Shown: piece after piece, positions 54,585 to 64,000 of the stretch
Numbering within the stretch: the stretch's first letter is position 1
Layout: every line of letters begins with the position of its first letter
Notes under the pieces: generated by a model
What the model was told of the DNA's origin: nothing
What the model saw: the letters and a program-made list of their open reading frames with translations, nothing else
Database searches by the model: none
Origin: an uncultured Phycisphaerales bacterium
GTDB lineage: Bacteria > Planctomycetota > Phycisphaerae > Tepidisphaerales > Tepidisphaeraceae
Assembly (NCBI GenBank): GCA_963844715.1
Contig: CAWJPJ010000008.1
Span: 480,001 to 544,000 of the forward strand
Length of the DNA stretch: 64,000 bases
Direction: 5' to 3'
Program-made: the position numbers and the translations under genes

Positions 54585-54909
54585 AAAATCCGGCAAGTAA
54601 GTCCTTTACAGCAAAGTCTTCCCAGCTTATTTTTCTGATTGTCTTCAGGGATGGTTAAGACAGCGCTTTGAAGGTCACGGGAGTGTGGCGATTTGAGGCG
54701 CGAGGCGGGAATGGCCAGAAGCGGTTTCCCGCAAGACACGTCAGGGAACACATCAGGGACGAATTGTAATCGGGCATGAAGCCTGTTCTTCGCAACGGGG
54801 AAGGATCCCATTGTCATAGGCAAGAGGCGGCTGTGGAGCCGTCCCGGTGCCGTCGCGGCGCGATGATGCGTCGTGACACGGATGGGAATTCGCACGGAAG
54901 GAGCAGGCT

Positions 54910-56475
54910 GTGAGCTGCATTAGCGCGCACGATCCGCAATTGACTCGTTTAGCCAATGCGATCGCACAGCGGGTGGGGCCGCAGCGATTTCACGTCTGGT
55001 TCAATAATTCCACGCGACTGGATTTGAAGCAGGACGGGCTGGAGATCGCCGTCCCGAATGATTTCATCAGCGAATGGATCGGGACGCATTTCGGCGGTCC
55101 GATTCAAGAGGCGGCGCAGGAAGTTCTGGGATGTTCGCTGGCGGTGCGGTTCAACGTCATGCCGCAATTGTTCGAGACAGACACGACGGACGGGGGGGAA
55201 AATAAGAATGGGAATGGGAAGGGTGAGGAGGCCGTGGCGCCGATGGCGGTGGTGAAGGCGCGGCGCGGTGAGACGGTGGCGGCAGCAGCGGTGGCGGAAA
55301 GCACGGTACGCGTGACGACGGCGAATTTGTGGGGATCGAAAATTTCGGGCGGGGGGACGGCGGTAGCGCCGGCGCGGAAGACTTCGACTCTTGACGCGGA
55401 CGCGGCGCTGAGCCGGCTTCGGTTGCGTCACGACATCGAAACGTTCATCATCGGGCAAAGCAATCAACTGGCGCACAGCACGGCGCTTTACGTCTCTGAA
55501 TATCCGGGGGCGCAATACAATCCGCTGTTCCTGCACGGGGGATGCGGGCTGGGGAAGACGCATCTTTTGCAGGGATTATGCAAGCGATTCATCCAGAATC
55601 ACCCGGCGAAGCGATGGATGTATCTGACCGGCGAGGAATTCACGAACGAATTTTTGAATGCGCTGCGGACGAACAAAATCGAGGCGTTCCGGCGGCGGAT
55701 GCGCGAGCTGGATCTGCTGGTGATCGACGACGTGCATTTCCTGGGGGGCAAGAAGGCGACGCAGGAGGAATTCCTGCACACGTTCAACGCCATCGAGGCG
55801 ATGGGCCGGCAAGTGGTGATGGTCAGCGATAATCATCCCAAGCTGATCGAGGAGTTCGGGGAGTCGCTGATCAACCGGTTTATCAGCGGGATGGTGGTTC
55901 GGATCGATCCGCCGAATTTCGCGACGCGGTGCGAGATTTTGCGGAGTTTGGCGCATCGGGCGGGGATCGGGATGCCGGAGGAAGTGGTGGGATGGATCGC
56001 GCGGCGGGTGACGCAGAATGTGAGGGAGTTGGAAGGGGCGGCGATGCGCATAGCGGCGCATGCGACGGTTCAGCAGCGCGACGCGGATGTGGCGATGGCG
56101 CAGGCGGCGTTGGGGGACCTGGACAAGCATCTGGTGGCGCCGGTGAGGCCGGAGGGCGTGCTGGACATTGTCTGCGAATATTTCAGCCTGGATTCGAAGG
56201 ATTTGATGTCGGGGCGGCGACAGCGGACGATCAGCCTGGCGCGCAGCGTGGCGATGTATCTGGTGCGGAAATTGTCGAAATTAAGTTTCCCGGAGATTGG
56301 GATGAAGATGGGTAAGAGGAATCACAGCACGGTGATTTCGGCTTGCCGGCGGATCGAGCGGGCGCTGGCGCGGAACGAGCCTTTGATCTGGAACAATCAT
56401 CTTGGGGAGCGGCATGAAGAGGCGTGTGAGCTGATTCAGCGGCTGGAGGAGCAGAGCCGGGCGCGGGGTAGATGA
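54910..56475 (+). CDS. dnaA: Chromosomal replication initiator DnaA
   Basis: YNPLFLHGGCGLGKTHL, LLVIDDVHFL, TQEEFLHTFN, NVRELEG, RNHSTVI. Confidence 0.96.
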   Translation: MSCISAHDPQLTRLANAIAQRVGPQRFHVWFNNSTRLDLKQDGLEIAVPNDFISEWIGTHFGGPIQEAAQEVLGCSLAVRFNVMPQLFETDTTDGGENKNGNGKGEEAVAPMAVVKARRGETVAAAAVAESTVRVTTANLWGSKISGGGTAVAPARKTSTLDADAALSRLRLRHDIETFIIGQSNQLAHSTALYVSEYPGAQYNPLFLHGGCGLGKTHLLQGLCKRFIQNHPAKRWMYLTGEEFTNEFLNALRTNKIEAFRRRMRELDLLVIDDVHFLGGKKATQEEFLHTFNAIEAMGRQVVMVSDNHPKLIEEFGESLINRFISGMVVRIDPPNFATRCEILRSLAHRAGIGMPEEVVGWIARRVTQNVRELEGAAMRIAAHATVQQRDADVAMAQAALGDLDKHLVAPVRPEGVLDIVCEYFSLDSKDLMSGRRQRTISLARSVAMYLVRKLSKLSFPEIGMKMGKRNHSTVISACRRIERALARNEPLIWNNHLGERHEEACELIQRLEEQSRARGR

Positions 56476-57004
56476 TTCGTCTCTCAGATACGCATCATAC
56501 TTGAGTGTCATGCCCGCCCCTTCGCGTCGTGCCGAAACCAGCGGAAGGGGACAGGGAGTGCTCGCCCGGAATAACGGCGGCGGGGGTGAAACGGCGCGCG
56601 GAGATCGTGGGTCCGGCGGTTTCGAAGTCGAAAATAGATTCTTCGAAAATTGAAAATCAGAAATCAGCCGGCGTTCGGGCCGAGAGGGTCCGATAAGCGC
56701 CGCGGCGCCCATAATTCAGTGCGCGCTGAGTCCAGTCGCGCGGGGGTTTTGGGGGAGGCAGTTTTTCGAGGGCAAGATTGGGCAAAAGCGGGGCAAGGTC
56801 CGAGAAAATCCGGGCGGGAATCAACTGAATCTAACCCAGCGATCCATCCGAGACGATCTTACAGATGTCGTGAACGCTACAGGCGTTGCAGATTAACGGA
56901 TCTGGCAGCGGCCCAAATGTGCGTCACCTCACCGGAGCCCGCGGCGGCGCGAACGTTCCGCGGAGATCAGGACGTGCGGAAGTTCGGCGGCACGAGGATC
57001 GAAC

Positions 57005-59253
57005 ATGCCAAGAGATAGTTGGAAGGCAATCGCGATGGTGTGCGTTCTGTCGGCCGCGTCGGCGGCGATGGGGAGTACGGCCACCACGCAGCCGACGACC
57101 ACCAGCAGCACGACCACGACATCGGTGTTTTCCAGCGACGCGACGACGCTGTCGTCGTCATCGTCGGGCGGGAATGAATTCGGGGGCATGTCGATCGAAG
57201 AGTTGCTGAACGTGGTGGTGGCCTCGCCCGCCGGTTTGACGCCGACGGACGAGCGGGCGCTCCCGGTGGATGTGACAGAGCTGGACGCGAAGGACATCGA
57301 GCAATCGGGGGCGCGGAACCTCGACGAGGTGATGAACATTTTTGTTCCGAACGCGGAGATCATGTCCCACAATTCTCCGCCGGACGCGCTGGGGATTCGC
57401 GGGATCATCAGCGACCGCGAGGATAAATACCTTTATCAAGTGAACGGCGTGACGATGAACAACCGGATGCTGTTCGGGGCGGCGGACGAGCGCGATCTGC
57501 CGATGATGGGGGACATCAACACGTTGGACGTGGTGCGTGGCCCGGCGTCGGCGACGTATGGGTCGGGGGCGCTGGCGGGCGTTGTGGATGTCAATACGTA
57601 TACCGGCCTGACGTTTACCGGGGCGGATTTGACGGTGAAGCAGGGAATTGGGGATCAGTTCACGTCTGGGGAAATTCGGTTTGGGCGCCAATTCAGCGAG
57701 ACGTCGGGATTGTTCGTGTATTACGGAGCGGCCGAGGTGCAGGGGCAGGATTCGCCATATTTCTTTGGGCAATCGGAGCCGGCGGTGAATGGGCTGCCGG
57801 CGAACATCGCGGGGCAGCAGTTTACCGGGGGGCCGATCTCGAACGTGGGCGAGGCGGCGTTTGATCTGCCGTACCAGAAGGCGCATGTGAGTTATGTGAA
57901 CGGGCCGTGGGAGATCTGGGTTCGTTATGTTCAGGACGGCACAGATACTCGGCCGGCGCGAATATTTTCACGGGGACGAAGCCGGCGACGGAAAGCCTGG
58001 CGGACTGGCTGGCGGGGCGCGAGACGCTCAATCAGGTTTATACGAACGCGATCAGTTTCAAGAAGGATGTGTCAGATCAGTGGAATATAAGCGCTCTAAC
58101 GAGTTATGACGTTTGGGTGAATAAGGACCAGCGGGCGGGAGTCTCAACCAACCAGCCGACGCGGGTGTCGAACGAAAACCAGTTGTTCGGGCAGTTAATT
58201 GCGAATTGGAAGCCGGTGGCGAGCCAGTCGGTGGCTTTTGGGACGGAATTTTCGCAGCTTTGGTATCACGATCCGCCGCAGTCGGACGCGTTGGATTTGA
58301 CGCCGGTGGTTCCGACGCGGGATTGGCAGACACAAACGTATTCGTTCTTCGGGGAAGACCAGTGGAAGTTCGCCAAGGGATGGACGTCGTTTCTGGACGT
58401 GCGGGCGGACAAGAATACGTATCAGTACTGGCTAGTTTCGCCGCGCGGCACGATCGTTTATGAGCCGAACAAGAAGGATACATGGAAGGTGATGGGAGGA
58501 CAGTCGGTGCGGTGCGCGGACGACGAAGATATCTGGGGCCAGTGGTATCGAACGCGAACTTATCCGGACCCCGAGAAACTGCTGACGGCGGAATTGTCCT
58601 ACGACCACAAATTCACGGATCAGTTGGACCTTGCGGTGGACGAATTTTACGAGGACTATCACGCGGTGGGGTGGAACCCGAGCGCGACGGAAGAAACGTC
58701 GCTGGGACACTTCCAGATCGCGGGCGGCGAAATCGTGCTGACGTGGAAGGCGGATTCGACGCGGATCATGGCGTCGGAAGGGATTTCAACGCTGGTTTAC
58801 GGGTCGGTGCCCGGCGGTTCGCCGGCGGCATCGCAGGGAATCAGCTCGGCGCCATATGGTTTTGGGGACGAACTGGCCGCGTGGGCGCCGTCGGTGACGA
58901 AGCTATCGGTGATGCACGACCTGGATAGGCACTGGACGGTGAGTTCGTCCCTCGTTTACTACTCGGGGTTCCCGGTGCGGCAGGATTACTCGAATTATGC
59001 GGCGAGTCTGGTGAATCCGCCGGCAGGCGTGCCGCTGAGCGATCCGGGGTATACGACTCCTTACGGGCCCGACGTTTTCTGGAATGTGGGGTTGGAGTTC
59101 CGGCCGAACGATCAGTGGACGTTCCGGATCGACGGGTACGATCTGGCTTACTTGTTCGATCGCAATGTTTCGAAGATCAACGAAATTCTTCGCGAGTCGG
59201 AATACAGCACGTTGCCGGCCTCGCTGGGGGTTTCGGTTCGGTATAAGTTTTAG
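57005..59253 (+). CDS. TonB-dependent receptor (frameshift near 57957)
   Basis: Signal peptide, MSIEELLNV, plug motifs GIRGI and DVVRGPASATYGSGALAGVV, C-terminal VRYKF. Confidence 0.88.
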
Positions 59254-59356
59254 GTCTTTCTCATTTTCCGTCGCTTAGGGGCCTTTTGGGGAACGGAAAA
59301 CGCCGTGGGTGCTAAGCAAGCCACGACTATGATAAAATAGTCTTGGACGGTGCGCC

Positions 59357-59651
59357 ATGTTATTGACCCGGGAAATATTGCAGGAAAAACGGGAGGCGAT
59401 TCTGGAGATTGCGCGGCGGTATGGCGGCGCATGATGTTCGCATATTCGGATCCGTCGCGAGGGGGGACGCGACGGAGGAATCGGATTTGGACTTGATCGT
59501 GCGTTTCGATGAGGGTCGAACGCTCCTGGATCATGGCGGGCTATTGATGGACCTGCGGGAATTCCTTGGGATGAAGGTGGATGTCATTGACGAGGGCGCG
59601 CCAACCGGGCGATTTGGGCAAATCGCGCGTAGCGAGGCGGCGCCGTTATGA
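59357..59651 (+). CDS. Minimal nucleotidyltransferase (MNT), no intact HEPN partner, indel near 59415
   Basis: MLLTREILQEKREAILEIA... then VRIFGSVARGDATEESDLDLIV...LGMKVDV. Confidence 0.82.
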
Positions 59652-59713
59652 AATCTGTGCGGGGCGACCAAACCCCGGCTGTTGTATATGTATGACGCCC
59701 GGCAACTTTTAGA

Positions 59714-60651
59714 TCAGTGTTGCGTCGGGGGTTCGGGGAGTTTGAGGACCATGCCGATTTTGAGGCGGTCTTCGTCCTGGCCGATGGTGGATTGATTGGC
59801 GTCGTAGAGTTTGTCGGCCATGGTGGGATCGTCGTAGAGCTTGCGGGCGATTTTTTCGAGGGAGTCGCCGCTGACGACTACGTATTGAGTTGTGGAGTCG
59901 ATCCTTGGCGTGGCGGCGGCGGATTGGGATGAGCCGGTGGGTTGGCCCAGGGGGGGGATGCTTAGGATGCGCCGACTTTCAGGTGCTTGGGATCCAGGTT
60001 GGAGTTGGCGGCGATGATTTTGGTGTAGTACTTGCCGTTGCCATAGACGGCCTGGGCGATGGTCCAGAGACTTTCGCCCTCGGCGATCACGTGAGTGCGC
60101 GGAGAGGCGGCTGTCGGGGCGGGAGTCGCAGTCGCAGTCGAAGTCGATTGAGAATCAATTGTCGGGGGCGCGGCGGGGACGTTAACCGTTGGAGCCGGGG
60201 TCTCGGCGGGGGCTGAAAGGGCGGGGGGCAGAGACGGCTGAGTGGCTGGCAGGCTGTCGATTAGCTCGGGGTGAACATTCGGGCTTACGCGATCGATGGT
60301 GGGCGTGACCGTGCGCTCGGGGGCGTCAGCGGGTACCTTGCTGCCGTTAGAGAGGGCATTGCCCCAGTCAAATTTCTGATCCGCCGAGGCGGTGGGCTGA
60401 GTGGCGGGGGCGGGGTTGGTGTCGGTGACGGAAGTGGACTGATTGTTATCCGTCGCGGTTGGATTGGGGTTGGCTTGATCGTCGCCGGGGTTGGGGGCGC
60501 TGGAGGAATCGCCGGGCGCGGTGGGCGCGCCTACATTGGCTTCCTCGGATTTGATGGCTTGTCCGCTGCGCGAGAGAACGAGCGCGTAGACGATGAGAGT
60601 AACAACGAGAATCGCACCAACTGTTAATCCGAACTTCACATCCTTGCGCAT
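59714..60651 (-). CDS. Membrane-anchored LysM peptidoglycan-binding protein, two LysM domains (frameshift near 59968)
   Basis: N-terminal TM, P/T/A-rich linker, HVIAEGESLWTIA and YVVSGDSLEKIARKLY. Confidence 0.85.
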
Positions 60652-60698
60652 GATTGGGACTCCTTTCCCGACGGCCCTGAATTGTCACCGGCCTGTCA

Positions 60699-63600
60699 TC
60701 AGCCGGCGGTCCGCTGCAGTTGCCCGGCGCCGTATCTTGCGGCGTAGGGCGAAGTCTTCTCGCGGTGCCAAAGTAACATCGGCGCGGCAATCGCGACCGA
60801 CGAGTACGTTCCCACCAATATGCCAACGAGGAGGACGAAAGTAAAGCCGTGGATGCCGGCGCCGCCCATGAAATACATAAAGGAGACGGTTGCGATGGTG
60901 GTTCCGGCGGTGAGGATGGTTCGCGAGAGGGTCTGGTTGATGGCGTCGTTGATGACCTGGCGGTTGAGGTGGCCGTACTTGCCGCGGTTTTCGCGGATGC
61001 GGTCGAAGACGACGATGGTGTCGATCATGGAATAGCCCATGATGGTGAGGATGCCGGCGACGACGGTCAGATTGATGCGGAAGGGCTCAATCTGAAGGAA
61101 GTTGTGGTGCCAGGCGGCGGCTATGTAGTGGGCGAAGCCGAGGGCGGCGAGGGTGAAGATGGTGTCGTGGATGAGGGCCACGACGGTGGCGGTGCCGTAG
61201 GTGAAGTTGCCGAAGCGGATCCAGATGTAAACCATGATGGCGGCGATGGAGAAGGCGAGCGCCAGAAGGCGTCGCGCTGCATTTCACCGGCAACTTCGGG
61301 ATCGAAGTTGGTTTCCTGCTCAAAGGAGGGGGGGCTGCTGATGGCCTGGCGGGCCAGCTGCCAGACGGGGCTGGCGAGTTCCTCGCTCCATTTTTGCTGA
61401 TCGGCGGTGAAAGAGACGGAGGGATTCCAGGCGATGACCACGGCGAAATCGGTGGGCTTATCCTCGGGCGTGGGGGCCTGGACTTCGTAGTTGACTTCTT
61501 CGGCGCTGCCTTCGCCGCCGGCGGAACTGAGGCGGGTGTGATCGAGGCGGGCGTGAATCTGGTCGGGCGACAAGGGGGGCGAAAGATGGTCCAGGACCAG
61601 GGCGACGCCTCCGACGTGATCCGCCGCGGCGGGCGGGATGAAGCCGTTGACGGAGAATGCGTTGTCGAGAATGGGCAGGACGGTTTTTCCGCGCGCGGCA
61701 AGGAGATCGGACTGGGAATCGTCAAACTGCGAGGCGAGTTGAAGCTTCAAGTCGCTTCCCATGGCCTGGAGGACGGCGGACTTGACGGCGGTGCGGTCGA
61801 TGTTGGGGGTGACGACCTGGTAATGCAATTGATCGGTGCCGACTGCGACGACGCTGGGGCTGGGCAGTTCCTTGGGATGTTCGTCGCTGGCCTGATCGAT
61901 GAGCTTGCGGACGTCGTCCTGAGCCATTGGGTGGGTCAACTCAAACTGCACGCTGGTGCCGCTGGCGAACTCGATGTCCATCATCTGGCCCTGGCGCACT
62001 TTCACGACGAAGAGGATCATCCCCGTGGTGATCATGATGATGCTGAAGGTGTAGAAGATCCAGGCTTTTCCCATCCAGTCCCAATTGGGTTTGAGGAGTT
62101 TGTCCCATTTGGGGAAGGAGAGGGGGAGACTGCCAAGGTGGGTGACGCCGAAGCGGTCGATGAGGAGGGCGAAGACTGTCTTGGTGACGTAGAGGGCGGT
62201 GAACAAGCTGGCGAGGATGCCGATGATGAGGGTGAGACCGAAGCCTTTCACTTCCTCGGAGCCGAACATGTAGAGGCAGACGGAAGTGATGATGCTGGTC
62301 ATGTTGGAGTCGATGATGGCGCTGTGCGCGGTGTTGTAGCTGTTTCGCAGGGCCATTTTGAGCGGGAGTCCGCGATGTTGCTCTTCGCGGAGACGCTCGA
62401 AGATCAGGACGTTTGCGTCGACGGCGGTGCCGACGGTGAGGACGATGCCGGCGATGCTGGGGAGGGTGAAGGTGGCGCTGAGGGCCGCCATGACGGCCAG
62501 AATGAGCATGATATTGAGGCAGACGGCGATGAAGGCGACGAATCCCGCGACGTAGTAGTAGCAGATGAGGAAGACGGCGACGACGACGAGGCCGAAGCCG
62601 CAGGCGATCAAGCCGCGATTGAGATTGTCGGCGCCGATGGTGGGACCGACCTCGGTTTTGCTGATGGGCTCGCTGGAAAGTTGGGCGGGGAGGGAGCCGG
62701 CGTTGAGGGTGTTGATGAGATAATCGGCATCGGCGCCGGCGAAGCCGCCGTTGCCGCCGGTGATGATTCCGCTGCCGCCGGTGATGGGATTGAGGATTCT
62801 GGGCGCGCTGATGATTTTGTTATCGAGGACGATGGCAAGATCGGCGTAGGCGTCCTGGAATTGCCCGCCTCGGCTGCGCGTGTAATTGAACCAGTGAGTG
62901 GTGAGATCGCCGAAGAGTTTTTCGCCAGCGGGGTCAAATTTAAACCCGATGGCGTTGCCGCCGTTTTCGTCGCGAGAGGGGTAAGCGGATTCGAGGCCCC
63001 AGGGGAGGGCGCTGGCCTTGGTCATGGAGGCTTCCTGGGTGACCAGGACCGGCATGTAATGTTTGCCGTTCCATTCGTGGGTTTCGGGGGGCGTGCCGGG
63101 GCGATCGAATTCGGAGACTTTATCGACATCCATCCAACGGATGGTGTCGCCGGGTTCGGGGAGGGGGCCTTTTCCGCCGGGACGCAGGCGGGCGTCCATG
63201 GCGGCGAGGTCGGCGGTGGATGTCGTGGCGGGGGTGGCCAGGATGTGGAACTCGAGGACGCCGGAACCTTGGAGGAGATGCTCGAGGGCGACGGAATCGG
63301 TGACGGCCATGCGGACGGCGTCATAATCCTTGAACTTCGCCTCCATCTGGTCCATGGCGGCGATGCGTGCGGGGTACTGCTCCCACAATCGGTGGAGATC
63401 GTCGAGCTTTCCCTGTCCGGCGAGACGCGTCGCGTCGTCGGGGGAATTGGCCTCCTCGAGGATCGATTCATAATCCATCGAAGTCAGGTTCGTGGGATAG
63501 ATCTGGGCGACCAGGGATGAATAGTTGTCCTCCAGCGGGCCAAGCTTGGCGGCGAGGGAGGGGAGGGAGAGTTTGTCGGGGTTCTGCTTGAAATGCTGGA

Positions 63601-64000
63601 TTTGATCGTAGGTGTCGGTGAGCTGCGCGAAGAGCGTTGTGCGGGTCGGGCAGCCCATGGCGAGGGCGGCGAGTTTGGCTTTGCGTGCGTCGCCGGTGAG
63701 ATGCTCGACGGCGGCGGTGACGTCCTCGGTTTTGATGTTGGTGGCGTCCAGAGCCTGGGAGGCGGCGTCAAAGGTTTTTTTGATTTCCCCGGCCTCGGCG
63801 GCTTCCGGGCTCAGGGGCATTTGGATTTCGAGGCGATTGCTCCCCTCGGGGCGCCAGACGAGGTTGCGGACGCCGTTGGGATCGACGCGGCGTTTAAGGG
63901 CCTGCATGACCTGGGTGGAGAGGTCGTCGGTCTTGGAGCCGGGGGCGGCCTGGATTTCATAAATCAGGCTGGCGCCGCCGACCATGTCAATGCCGGGCTT
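60699..64000 (-). CDS. secDF: Fused protein translocase SecDF (5' end outside window; frameshift near 61262)
   Basis: LAIVLDN, LNAGSLPA, AVDANVLIFER, IIDSNMT (SecD); DIEFASG, IHD, GYSMIDTIVVFDRIREN, GTYSS (SecF). Confidence 0.95.

Noticed and set aside
56476..57004. Possible cobalamin or other riboswitch upstream of the TonB receptor
   Set aside because: No B12-box or other consensus recognisable by eye; needs an Rfam scan.
61394..63520. Long antisense ORFs (708 aa here; also 2169-3461, 35077-36453, 51240-52439)
   Set aside because: Shadow frames of real genes in GC-rich DNA; no recognisable motifs.

Overview
64 kb of GC-rich core chromosome from a Planctomycetota bacterium, probably Phycisphaerae/Tepidisphaerales-like (inferred from the 16S fragment and protein style, no database search). 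It opens with the 3' part of a 16S rRNA gene that is not linked to a tRNA or 23S gene. Housekeeping genes follow: tyrS, nadB, nuoC, murG, kdsD plus a giant Lpt-like gene, scpA, prfB, aspS, pyk, mqnA, fur, gatCA, rpmB, thiL, ruvX, manC, obgE, rpmA, dnaA with upstream DnaA boxes, and secDF. Interspersed are three toxin-antitoxin pairs, two orphan MNT genes, an intact IS5-family element, several glycosyltransferases and many families of short palindromic intergenic elements. About 20 genes, many essential, carry 1-nt indels that are probably long-read errors and mostly fall at GCGC. The most notable structure is a three-level nested element at 50474-50868: a heptamer-repeat palindrome that supplies the same C-terminus (EMTNDK*) to two convergent genes, interrupted by a 276-bp non-autonomous IS200/IS605 element, itself interrupted by a REP-like doublet. 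Other signals are a short array of 25-bp palindromes, a strong G/T strand skew that does not flip at dnaA, and a recurring [AST]TQP motif in exported proteins.
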